From NCBI GenBank assembly GCA_018401355.1, contig JAGYLD010000003.1:10444-74443 (forward strand): 64,000 nucleotides of DNA. Reading direction: 5' to 3'. Of the stretch, positions 38,754 to 48,352 are shown in pieces. The position numbers and the translations under genes were made by a program. The stretch is from Bacteroidales bacterium (GTDB taxonomy: Bacteria > Bacteroidota > Bacteroidia > Bacteroidales > B18-G4). Below the pieces are notes generated by a model. It was not told the origin of the DNA. It worked only from the letters and a program-made list of their open reading frames with translations, and made no database searches. Position 1 is the first letter of the stretch, and each line of letters begins with the position of its first letter.

Positions 38754-41700
38754 TTAGAATACATTCAAATCTGGAGGTCTAACGACGCCGAACCATTTAA
38801 GCACCCTTTCTCCCTCATTGGACTTTACATGTATAATATAAATTCCACTTGAAATAGGAATGCCTGCGAAGTTCTTTAAATCCCAATCCAGATAAGTAGA
38901 TGATTCATCCTTGGTATATTGCCTTACAAGTGTACCTCTTACGTTGTAAATGGTAATGGTACATTTCTGAGGCAGGTTTGTAATCTTAACCCTGTTGTCA
39001 AGTGCATTATTCTCATATGAAGCGTATGCATAATATGGATTTGGAACAACATTGATAAGATCAAGGTCAGTTTCGGCCTTGGAAGCACTGTATTCTATGG
39101 TTGAAATGTTTTCTGTGCTAAAAGTGTATACTGGATAATTATCATTCAGGGTGTCTCCATTATCAGAAATGAATGGAGTGGAATAATACCGTTTGTATGG
39201 TTTGATCACTCTGATTTTAAGTTTAGCTTCATTAGAAAGCCATTCTTCATCATTGCTCATTGGCATCCCTATATATGATGTACTTGAATAAATTGCAGTC
39301 AATGTTACGAAAGATGGGAGTGGGATGGGTGCATACTCATTTTTGTAAACCCATTTAATATATTGGCAGCCATCATATGCAGGATAATCAAAAACAAAAT
39401 TTTCATCAATAGATTTACCTTCCATTACAACAGTTCTGTGATCCATTACATAAACATAATGTTTACCTCCAAACAATGGTTTGGAGAGATCAAATTCTCC
39501 ACCTATTTCTTCATAAAGGTTTGATGTAGGATTAAAGAGCATATCCCTTCCATTTTCTCCAACCAGGTATGAATCTTCACCAAAAATGATGTTTAGACGT
39601 TCGCCAGTTTCAAGATTAATTGCATACCCAGGGAACCAACCCATTCCCATAACACTGAGATAATGAGGATCATTGGGGTCATTGCTGGGTATGGTATCTG
39701 TTGGGTCCGCAGGATTCCCATCTTTATCAACAGATGGTGCATGCCGAATCTGGAATTTTTCAACGTTCCCCTGTGAAAGAGTTTTCTCAGGGCACATTTC
39801 AATAACAAGGCTCCTGGTCCATTTGGTCTTATCAGGTGTGAGTACAATATCTACGCTGTGGATATTGTGCAGAGTGTTCTTATTTTTTGAAGCTTTGGTG
39901 GGTGCCGGACCAACACCACTATTTTGTTCATTTGTCATACACAATGCGTATGGCGACCATGTCCCATTTGCTATCTTTTCATAGTCTTCATTTGGGTCCC
40001 ATGCACGACCAGGCATATTCCAGTCGTTGTAATTCAGGTTTTCCTGGTCCTGATAAGAACCAGAGCGGATCCAGTTTTGATTGCTTGAGGGAACATTATT
40101 GTCTTCAACTCCGGAAAGCCATTGTTGGGTGCTATCTTCATATTCTAAAGTAGAATATAATAATCCATTATTAGCTGCAAGGCTGTCTCCGGGTGATAAG
40201 CTTTGTTTAATATTAACAGAAATTCCGAGATCAATAAACAATTGTTCATAGCGTATGTCAATTCGTTTCTCTGATGGATATTCATTATCTGTTTCCAGAT
40301 CAGTAAGAATCCACCTTCCAGTATTAATATCAATGCTATCATTAGGCGGATTTATAATGCTATCGGCGATGAAACGAATTTCATAATTGGCTGCTATAAC
40401 ATTCAATGGATCAATGACTTTTACATCAAGCGGTCCATGACCCTTTTTATAAACTGCATTGTAGGCGATTGGATAATCAGGACTTCCCATTTGATTGATG
40501 GAATCAGCCAAATCTTTTTTCAGGATTTCCTCAACAGTTTTTTCAGTCAATTCCAATGCGTTGCCTCCGTTACCCTGTCCTTGGATTCTGGTAATATTTG
40601 GCCCATCACCATAACCAGATCTGAGTACCTGTCCATTTAGTGTTGGATGAGGAATTGCAGAGTAAGTTTTAATATTACGACGTCCGGCCAGATATGGTTT
40701 TTTCTGTCCATATAAACCATTGAATACACCTGGTTCCTGGCTATAGGGCATATATTCGTTATATGCATAAGCAACTGCAGCGTAATAGTACTGTTTATGG
40801 TTTACGAGTTCACGGCTGGTAGTTGCAAATGCGTCAGTAGTGAGGATAAAGCTATGGCTGATACCATTATCACCACCTTGAACTTCTACCACCGGAACGT
40901 TTCCTCCAATAGATTTATCAGCATAATAATTAACCAGTGTTGTAACACCGTTTTTCTTGTCAAACTGCGCCACCAACCTAACTAAATCAGGATCATCCTT
41001 GCTTTCGAGAGTAACTGTTGCATCTCTTAACTGATAGATCTGGTAACCTTCAAATACATATGTGGAGTCATTTCTCTGGGTTGGATCATTATCATTGGGT
41101 TGTCTGATGGTATTATCATATTCGTTGTATTTTTCGAGATAGTTGTTGGAAGTTTTGGAGTTTGAGATGTAAAATATCAAAGACTGGTTTAACTCAACTA
41201 TTTCAAGATCCGGAGCATCAGGGCCATCAAGCACCTTGAAGCAGTTATCGAAAAGTTTCTGACATTTATCATCCACTACTCTAAGGAGTTCCACAGAAGC
41301 CCATGGTCCTCCGGAAGTGGCACGAGCCCATGGTATACCAACAGTAATATAGTTTACAGCCCCTGGCAAAAGTGTAAATGGTCCTGCCGACTGCATGAAC
41401 CGACGGTCACCGGGGGGGTTATCTGCTTCTTCCTCGGTCCAGTACTTGCCATTTTGGTTATAGCCACCGTTTGGTGGATTGCCTTGTGTACCCCAGTTAC
41501 ATGGATCTGAATCTCCCGGGAACATAAAGTCACAATCAGGACCAACTGCTCCAGATTGCTCGTGCGCATTACCACCATAGCGCATTTTAGTGTTGTCTTT
41601 CCAGATACCGCGGAGGAAATTGTAATATTCAGGTGCTACTTGCGGGTCAGTGCTATAACCAGGACCTGTATTGTTGTGATATACGAAACGTCGCATACCG

Positions 41701-43016
41701 AACCTTTCATCGTCAATAATTCCGTTACCAAAGTTAACGCCATTAATGGCCATTGGATCCCATTCAAAAGGTGAATTGATTATTGAACAATCACCGGTAA
41801 AAGCAGGATTGTCTCTTCCATCAGGGTCAATATATGGTCCCTGAAAGAAGTCAACGCCAATAGCCGGGGGTTGGTCGCCATAAGCTTCTGGTTCACCGGA
41901 ACCGTCAACGGCATTACCATTGTAGCAATAACCCAGCCCCCTGTTAACATCACAACCAATATAGTCGTCCCAGGCATAACCCAGGTCAGTATCTACCCAA
42001 GGTGAAAAGTAGGTTTTTGTTAATGTAAAAGTGGATCTGTTGATGATCTCATAGGAATAGAAAGTCATGTTGTTGATTTCATCATTGGTAGCGAAAGCAA
42101 ATGCCTGCGCCCTGATTTCCATTCCAATGGGTGCTCCTTGGGTTTCTGTATGAGCGTTTCCTTTATCATTGAATATCCACCATAATGTTTGGTCTCCTTT
42201 CAAAACCTGGTCAACAAGCAAGCCTCCTTTAACGATACCCAATGAATCTTCAAATGTTGGTCTGGGTTTGTAATTTGGGTCTCCGGCATAATTTAAGGGA
42301 CAAAGTTCATTAGTAATATCATAATATGGATAATCTCCCTGATTTGGATCATAATCTCCATTTCCGTCTACATCCCTGAATGGAGCAAGGTAATAACTTT
42401 GATCTTTAGCTAAATCACCATGAGCAGGATAATCCAGAATTGATTCAGGGATCTGGTAATTTGGAAATTCTTCAGCCCTGTTATCAGAATTCCACCATGA
42501 AAGGAATTGATCGATCTCGGCCCTGGTGATCAGGAAGTGCTTGTCATAACGTGCACATGTTGCCTCATCAACGGAAGCAGTCCCATCAATGGTCAAAGGT
42601 CCTGGCCAGTAGTCAATTCCTACCTGACGGTATCTTTGGGCTGCAAGTTTAAGCTGGTTATTGATATCAAGCCCACCGATCCATAGTGATCCGGAAAAGA
42701 GAGAAGTAGCAGTTCCTTCTTTAGGAATAAAATATTGGGCACCTATCCCATTGGGGAGATCCCACCACATATCCCCTCCTGTATTAATTCGTGCCCTGAC
42801 GTTGTTTATATCAAGGAACCTAAAGCCTGCTCCTGCTGCACAACCGGCTGCATTTGCTTTAATATTTTGTGTGTTTTTCTGCCCCTTGTCACCTACGAAT
42901 TCTTCTGAATATGAAGTTGACTGAAACAGGAAAAAACAGATGAGTGTGGCAAAAACTAAACGGAATATATTTTTCATAGTCATCATTTTTTGTTTCCAAA
43001 TTTTGCGATTAAACAT
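38754..43016 (-). CDS. Very large (about 1420 aa) secreted protein of unknown function with an atypical T9SS-like C-terminal domain
   Basis: The signal peptide is (M)KNIFRLVFATLICFFLFQSTSYS; alternative ATGs exist down to 42977. No catalytic motif was recognised. There are Asp/Gly/Asn/Pro-rich calcium-site-like stretches (DVDGNGDYDPNQGDYPYYD, WVDTDLGYAWDDYIGCD). The C-terminus reads VVPNPYYAYASYE...CTITIYNVRGTLV...WDLKNFAGIPISSGIYIIHV...KWFGVVRPPDLNVF. Confidence 0.7.
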   Translation of the reverse strand: MFNRKIWKQKMMTMKNIFRLVFATLICFFLFQSTSYSEEFVGDKGQKNTQNIKANAAGCAAGAGFRFLDINNVRARINTGGDMWWDLPNGIGAQYFIPKEGTATSLFSGSLWIGGLDINNQLKLAAQRYRQVGIDYWPGPLTIDGTASVDEATCARYDKHFLITRAEIDQFLSWWNSDNRAEEFPNYQIPESILDYPAHGDLAKDQSYYLAPFRDVDGNGDYDPNQGDYPYYDITNELCPLNYAGDPNYKPRPTFEDSLGIVKGGLLVDQVLKGDQTLWWIFNDKGNAHTETQGAPIGMEIRAQAFAFATNDEINNMTFYSYEIINRSTFTLTKTYFSPWVDTDLGYAWDDYIGCDVNRGLGYCYNGNAVDGSGEPEAYGDQPPAIGVDFFQGPYIDPDGRDNPAFTGDCSIINSPFEWDPMAINGVNFGNGIIDDERFGMRRFVYHNNTGPGYSTDPQVAPEYYNFLRGIWKDNTKMRYGGNAHEQSGAVGPDCDFMFPGDSDPCNWGTQGNPPNGGYNQNGKYWTEEEADNPPGDRRFMQSAGPFTLLPGAVNYITVGIPWARATSGGPWASVELLRVVDDKCQKLFDNCFKVLDGPDAPDLEIVELNQSLIFYISNSKTSNNYLEKYNEYDNTIRQPNDNDPTQRNDSTYVFEGYQIYQLRDATVTLESKDDPDLVRLVAQFDKKNGVTTLVNYYADKSIGGNVPVVEVQGGDNGISHSFILTTDAFATTSRELVNHKQYYYAAVAYAYNEYMPYSQEPGVFNGLYGQKKPYLAGRRNIKTYSAIPHPTLNGQVLRSGYGDGPNITRIQGQGNGGNALELTEKTVEEILKKDLADSINQMGSPDYPIAYNAVYKKGHGPLDVKVIDPLNVIAANYEIRFIADSIINPPNDSIDINTGRWILTDLETDNEYPSEKRIDIRYEQLFIDLGISVNIKQSLSPGDSLAANNGLLYSTLEYEDSTQQWLSGVEDNNVPSSNQNWIRSGSYQDQENLNYNDWNMPGRAWDPNEDYEKIANGTWSPYALCMTNEQNSGVGPAPTKASKNKNTLHNIHSVDIVLTPDKTKWTRSLVIEMCPEKTLSQGNVEKFQIRHAPSVDKDGNPADPTDTIPSNDPNDPHYLSVMGMGWFPGYAINLETGERLNIIFGEDSYLVGENGRDMLFNPTSNLYEEIGGEFDLSKPLFGGKHYVYVMDHRTVVMEGKSIDENFVFDYPAYDGCQYIKWVYKNEYAPIPLPSFVTLTAIYSSTSYIGMPMSNDEEWLSNEAKLKIRVIKPYKRYYSTPFISDNGDTLNDNYPVYTFSTENISTIEYSASKAETDLDLINVVPNPYYAYASYENNALDNRVKITNLPQKCTITIYNVRGTLVRQYTKDESSTYLDWDLKNFAGIPISSGIYIIHVKSNEGERVLKWFGVVRPPDLNVF

Positions 43017-43030
43017 CGGTTGTCGATAGG

Positions 43031-46000
43031 TTAAAAGTTGAAAAGTAATCCAAAACGAATAGTTCTTGGGCTGCTATAATTATAAGGGCTGTTAATAAAG
43101 ATTGAATAAAGATCCCTGAATGATTGTGGATCCAATTGGTTATTTATATCCCTTTGCCATTCTGCAGCAGCAAGATATCCGTCGTCATCCGGGTTTCCGG
43201 TAGCCGGATAAACGTTTAGGACATTTTGTGTATTCAGGACATTATTAATCTGAAAATATACATTAAGGTTTGAAGTTCTTTTATTTTCGCCTTTACCGAG
43301 GGTAATAAAGAAATCTCTGTCTAACCTAAGGTCAACCCTGAACTGCCAGGGCAACCTTGAACCATAATAAGTACCTTTAAGAAGTCTGCTGGCTCCGGAA
43401 AGCTGAGAATAAATATTTCTTGAACGGGTATATGGTGTTCCCGAACCACCGGTAAGTGTAACACTTAGCCCTGTATTTTTCAAAACCTGAACAGGCGGTT
43501 TACCTTCCTTTTTTCTTTTGATTACCGGACCATCATATTCTTTTCCTTCAGTATACCTGTAGTCAATTAAAACGTTGAATTGGTGGCGGCGGTCCCATGC
43601 CAATGGGTTGGTTGTTCTCAGGTTAGGCAGACCGGATGCAACCAAGGCACTTGCTGTTGTAGTGCTTGAACCAGTACCGTCTGCAAATTGAAGTGTATAG
43701 TATGCGTTGACACGGGCATTTTTTGTGCGTCTCAGGTCGTAGTTAATGGTAAGACCCTTGACGGTTCCAAAGTCAATATTGTTATATGAAGTATAATCCT
43801 TTGGATAGGCCCCATTAAAACGATAGATCTGAATATCATCCCTCATTTCTCTATAAAAGACAGAAAATTTCAATGATGATGAATTGTTCAGCTTTTGCTG
43901 AAATCCCAGTTCATAGTCTATTGTTTTCGAGGGTTTAAGGTTGGGATTATTTATTACTCCCTGGATATTATTGAAGAAATAGTAGGTCGAAGGATTTGAT
44001 ATTACATTGGAAGTAGGCCTTTGAGTAAGCACATCATAATGTGCAAAGAAGAGCGCCTCATCCGAGATCGGGAAGGAGAATGAGATACGTGGCATCACAT
44101 TAACCTGCGGCTCGTAATCCTCAAACGCCTCAATTTCAGGTCTTTCGGAATTGGGGTTAATGATATATGGTGAAATACCAGATCCAGCATCCAATGAATT
44201 TGGGTCGAGGATTTCAGTACCCTGAGCGTTATACCAGGTATCTTCATCCCTGAAACCGATAATGGATGTTGGATTAGAAACATTATCAACATAAACCACA
44301 TAGTCGTTCCCAATATTGGATGGGATTTCATAACCTCCCATTTTGTCTGCCAATTCCATACTTGCTGGATCTCCTTTAGTATATGCTCTGTATAAAAGGT
44401 AAGGATCTTTTAGTACTTCCTGGTTTGCATCGAAACGGTCTACACGCACGCCAACATTAAAAATAAGGTCCTTAAAAGCAAATTTATCCTGGATATAACC
44501 AGCCATATATATTGGCTCAAACGCTCCGATAGGCCGGTCATAAACGTCCTTGTCATTCTGACTGGTGGTTTGGTTCCAGAAGTCTGCAAATGTTGATTTA
44601 TCTTTGTTCCTATCCCCGGTGTGGTCATAACCACGATAAAAGACATAAGAGAATCCATCATTCAACAATTCATCGGCACTGAACATGTCAATATCGAATA
44701 AATTTCCGTTGGCATACGCTGTTTTTTTGTTGTTGTTTTCATCGAAATAAGTGATGGAGTTGGAATTAAAGTCGTAAGAGTTTATTACGATAAAATCAGT
44801 TCCGTTAACAGGTAATCCCAACTTTTTTCTCAGGTTAATATCAAAAGTCCTTTGCGAAGATTCATCATATTTCCTGTGGTAACGAACGGTATCCATAAAC
44901 TGACCGTCTCTGTATACCAAAATGGGGTCGTCCACATCAAGCTGTGCTATATGGAAGTTGGCCAGGTTGTACATGTGTGTCCAAAGTCCGACAGGTGCAT
45001 AACCATATCCTCTGTCGAAACGTTGTTCATACTGCAACCCAAATTTTATTTCATGGTTTCCAATGTCCATTGCACCGGATGCATTGATTCCCAGCTGTTC
45101 ATTGTCAGAAACATTGTAACCACTAATGATGGTTCCGGGTGCGTTAAACATACCATAAAAGCTGTTTTGCTGTTGTCCGTTAATTTGACCACCATTCAAC
45201 TGGATATCAGATATATTTCTGTGGAATTGATTTTCCGGGTAGAGTTCATAATAGTTTTGAGTAACATTGGAAGTAATGGGATTGAAATCGGCAGGATCAT
45301 ATGTAACCAGTGTATCAAAAATATTATCCATTATGTAAATATTTTCGTAATACTGGCCCCCGATGGAATCTTCACCTAAGCTATAATTGTATGCAAGGTG
45401 TGAATCAAATTTTCCGAGGTAACCATATTTAAACAGATCATCTTTATGATCACCATCCATTGATTCTCCATAAACTTTTGAGTAGTCTGCCTGAATGGAA
45501 TAATAAACGTTTTTCACAAGTGATTTACTGTCTCTATCCGTTGGGAATCTTTGTGTGAAACGACCGAATACCCTCCATGTATAATTGAAGTACAACTGGT
45601 TTTTGTCGTAGTTAAACATTGAACTTCTGAAGTTAAAATTACGTCCTCTGTTATAGTTAAAAGAACCTCCAAGTGTAAGGTTGATGGTTTCAGTGGTTTT
45701 AATATCAAATTTTGCTGAGAGATTGAAGTTATAGTTGGAGGTATTCCGTGTGGTCTTGATAGTTTCAAGATCGCTCAGTCTGGTGAACTCACCACGTTGG
45801 AATGTGCCAAAGCCTTCACCAGCAGGAATGAGCGGATCATTTTCAAGAAGATTGATATAGCTGTCTTTTCCTTTATAAATGTCTATTGAGAAAGGCCGGC
45901 CATCTTCACGGTATACGAAGTCACCAGCGATAAAATAGCCAAACAAAGAACTAATTATCCGGCCATCTTCATCCTTTTTGGAAAATATGGGTCCGTTGAG

Positions 46001-46762
46001 GTTTATTCCGGCTCTGTTGTAACCATAAGCATCCAGGAATTTTGAAGTTTCCAATTCAACGCCGGCGCCAAATTTTCTGGAAGGACCTTTCGTTGTAACG
46101 TCGATAATACCGCCGGTAGCATCTCCGTACTGTGCAGGTGTACCTCCAAGAATCACAGACACCTGCTCAATGGCTGCCTGTGGAAGGTTTGATGATCCTC
46201 TTACACGGATACCGTCAATGTACATAACGGTAGCATCTGAACGGGCACCACGAACGTTACCACGTTCCCCGTCACGTGAAAATACACCACCCACTGTTGT
46301 TGCAACGGCATTGGCCGAGCGGTTAGGCATTTTTGCAATTTCTTCAGAGGTAACAGTACCTCCTGATGTTGTCTGGTCTTTGTCGATAAGAGGTACCTTA
46401 TAATCAACTACCTCAAAAGTTTCCAGGGCAACGGCTGAAGACTCCAAACCAACATCCTGAAAAGCTATTGAATTGGCTTTAATAACAATACCCTTGATCA
46501 TAAGAGGTTTGTAACCAACAAAAGTAGCTTTTAAATCGTATTTACCTGGTGGGATAGGTTTGATGACATAATTGCCGTCAAAATCTGAGGAGGCTCCACC
46601 TACCTGTGTTCCTCCTAGTTCAAGAATAATATTTACAAATGGTAGCGGTTCATTTGTCTGCTTATCAAATACCTTTCCTTTGAGTGAACCAGAAACTTGC
46701 GAGAATACCAACAAACTTGATGTCAGTATGATTCCAAGAGTTAACAGTAAATTTCTTAACAT
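43031..46762 (-). CDS. TonB-dependent receptor-like outer membrane protein (CarboxypepD_reg + plug + oversized barrel), no SusD-like partner
   Basis: 1243-aa ORF. The signal peptide is followed by GSLKGKVFDKQTNEPLPFVNI...GNYVIKPIPPGKYDLKATFVGY (CarboxypepD_reg). The plug reads AVATTVGGV...RGARSDATVMYIDGIRV...IEQVSVILGGTPAQYGDATGGIIDVTTK. The terminal strand is RTIRFGLLFNF. Confidence 0.8.
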   Translation of the reverse strand: MLRNLLLTLGIILTSSLLVFSQVSGSLKGKVFDKQTNEPLPFVNIILELGGTQVGGASSDFDGNYVIKPIPPGKYDLKATFVGYKPLMIKGIVIKANSIAFQDVGLESSAVALETFEVVDYKVPLIDKDQTTSGGTVTSEEIAKMPNRSANAVATTVGGVFSRDGERGNVRGARSDATVMYIDGIRVRGSSNLPQAAIEQVSVILGGTPAQYGDATGGIIDVTTKGPSRKFGAGVELETSKFLDAYGYNRAGINLNGPIFSKKDEDGRIISSLFGYFIAGDFVYREDGRPFSIDIYKGKDSYINLLENDPLIPAGEGFGTFQRGEFTRLSDLETIKTTRNTSNYNFNLSAKFDIKTTETINLTLGGSFNYNRGRNFNFRSSMFNYDKNQLYFNYTWRVFGRFTQRFPTDRDSKSLVKNVYYSIQADYSKVYGESMDGDHKDDLFKYGYLGKFDSHLAYNYSLGEDSIGGQYYENIYIMDNIFDTLVTYDPADFNPITSNVTQNYYELYPENQFHRNISDIQLNGGQINGQQQNSFYGMFNAPGTIISGYNVSDNEQLGINASGAMDIGNHEIKFGLQYEQRFDRGYGYAPVGLWTHMYNLANFHIAQLDVDDPILVYRDGQFMDTVRYHRKYDESSQRTFDINLRKKLGLPVNGTDFIVINSYDFNSNSITYFDENNNKKTAYANGNLFDIDMFSADELLNDGFSYVFYRGYDHTGDRNKDKSTFADFWNQTTSQNDKDVYDRPIGAFEPIYMAGYIQDKFAFKDLIFNVGVRVDRFDANQEVLKDPYLLYRAYTKGDPASMELADKMGGYEIPSNIGNDYVVYVDNVSNPTSIIGFRDEDTWYNAQGTEILDPNSLDAGSGISPYIINPNSERPEIEAFEDYEPQVNVMPRISFSFPISDEALFFAHYDVLTQRPTSNVISNPSTYYFFNNIQGVINNPNLKPSKTIDYELGFQQKLNNSSSLKFSVFYREMRDDIQIYRFNGAYPKDYTSYNNIDFGTVKGLTINYDLRRTKNARVNAYYTLQFADGTGSSTTTASALVASGLPNLRTTNPLAWDRRHQFNVLIDYRYTEGKEYDGPVIKRKKEGKPPVQVLKNTGLSVTLTGGSGTPYTRSRNIYSQLSGASRLLKGTYYGSRLPWQFRVDLRLDRDFFITLGKGENKRTSNLNVYFQINNVLNTQNVLNVYPATGNPDDDGYLAAAEWQRDINNQLDPQSFRDLYSIFINSPYNYSSPRTIRFGLLFNF

Positions 46763-46891
46763 ACCATATAATTTTATGTTAGATTATGACATTGTGCATT
46801 AAAAGTCGGTAAAGTTACTAACAAAAAAATGAAAATACCAAACAATATTAACGGTAGATTTAAAAAAAATTAACGTTATCTTAACACATGC

Positions 46892-47368
46892 TTATATGTA
46901 AGGTGTGTCCATAATCGCTTGATAGATCAAAGCCTTCCTAAGGTCAAAGTTGTTATTTCCCTTTTTGCTCTTACCATTAAAAGAACGAATTTTGTTTATT
47001 TTAGAGACTATTTCTTGCTTCTCAATAATATTCTGTTTCAGTATGGAAGTTTCCTTGATTGGATTTACTGCTTTGGTATGATAATTTTTGCCTGTTTTTT
47101 CTACGGAATCAATTCCTAAATCCTTGTACTGGTCTTCAAAATTCTTTTTAAAAGTTTTGGATCTTGGAGCAGGTTCAATGACTTCAATTTTTTTTGGTTC
47201 TTCCTCCATATTCCCAAAAATGTCTTCCAGGATACTTTTGCTACTATCTTCTTCTTGTTCCTGTTGTTGTTCAGCTTTGAGCTGTTTTTCTTTCCGCTTT
47301 TTATTTTGGGAATAAAAGGTGAAAACCAGCCACAACAAACCTAGTAAAATATAAATGAGGTCTTCCAT
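46892..47368 (-). CDS. Hypothetical single-pass membrane protein with highly charged Lys/Glu/Gln-rich tail
   Basis: 158-aa ORF. The N-terminal TM is LIYILLGLLWLVFTFY, followed by KKRKEKQLKAEQQQEQEED... No recognisable domain. Confidence 0.4.
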   Translation of the reverse strand: MEDLIYILLGLLWLVFTFYSQNKKRKEKQLKAEQQQEQEEDSSKSILEDIFGNMEEEPKKIEVIEPAPRSKTFKKNFEDQYKDLGIDSVEKTGKNYHTKAVNPIKETSILKQNIIEKQEIVSKINKIRSFNGKSKKGNNNFDLRKALIYQAIMDTPYI

Positions 47369-47518
47369 AGTTTTGTCAAAATAGACTTTTCAAAAGTAAA
47401 AATATTAAATAATCTTGAAAATAAAAGAAAAAATAAGTTTTCGGTTGATCAAAATCAGTTTACGGTTTATTTATTCTTTCAAATATATAGTGTCAATAAT
47501 GCCTGTAAAACAGTTTGT

Positions 47519-48271
47519 TCATGTGATATTGGCAATAATTTCCAGGATTTTCTCTCTTTTTCTTCGTGATACCGGAACCCTGCTTCCATCTTCTATCATA
47601 ATATATCCACCATCTTCTCTGTTAAAACTTTTAATATACCTGATGTTAACCAAATGAGATTTATGAGGCCTGATAAAATTGTGTTCACTGAGCAACTCCT
47701 CATTTTCCTTAAGGGTTTTTGAAACCAGGATCTTTTTGCCATCATTCAGAAAAAACAAAGTATAATAGTTGTCGGATTCACACCGGACTATTTTATTGAT
47801 CTCAATGATATGGATCTTATCGGAAGTGGAAAGAACGATTTTTTGAGATTCTGCGTCAGTGGTTCTGATGTTATCAAGCAATACCCTGATGTTTTTATTT
47901 ATTTGATTGCCCGATTTTTTCAATTCAACTTTTTTCACGGCGTTGGAAAGCTCTTCGGGATCAATAGGCTTTAATAGATAATCTAAAGCACTGTATTTGA
48001 TGGCCTTTATGGCATAATGATCAAAAGCTGTTGTAAAAATGATCTCAAAATTGATTTTTTCAATGTGTTCAAGAAGCCGAAACCCACTGCCATCAGGCAT
48101 CTGAATATCCAGGAAAATGACATCAGGCTTATTATTTCGAATGGCTTCCAGCCCCGTGTTGAATCCGTCTGCTTCTGCAATGACCTCCACATTTTTACAG
48201 AAACGGGCAAGCAAACCGTTCAGCGTTTCCCTGGATTTTTTCTCATCCTCAATAATTATCGCCTTAATCAT
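47519..48271 (-). CDS. LytTR-family two-component response regulator
   Basis: I prefer the start MIKAIIIEDEKKSRETL (ATG 48271). The REC domain carries the phospho-acceptor context DVIFLDIQMPDGSG. The C-terminal LytTR DNA-binding domain reads IVRCESDNYYTLFFL...FIRPHKSHLVNIRYI. Confidence 0.88.
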   Translation of the reverse strand: MIKAIIIEDEKKSRETLNGLLARFCKNVEVIAEADGFNTGLEAIRNNKPDVIFLDIQMPDGSGFRLLEHIEKINFEIIFTTAFDHYAIKAIKYSALDYLLKPIDPEELSNAVKKVELKKSGNQINKNIRVLLDNIRTTDAESQKIVLSTSDKIHIIEINKIVRCESDNYYTLFFLNDGKKILVSKTLKENEELLSEHNFIRPHKSHLVNIRYIKSFNREDGGYIMIEDGSRVPVSRRKREKILEIIANIT

Positions 48272-48352
48272 TGTTTTCTGATTTGAAATCAAATTTCTGA
48301 AAAAAATCAATTGATATGACAGAGCATTTAGCGGCTGATGAATAAATGCTCA

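Noticed and set aside
38754-43016. Possibility that the 1420-aa protein is PorU, because porU-porV adjacency is common
   Set aside because: I could not find the gingipain/C25-like His-Cys catalytic context I remember from PorU (…AGHGG… / …TCDF…), and the overall sequence does not resemble it. The call stays 'unknown function' and needs a profile search.
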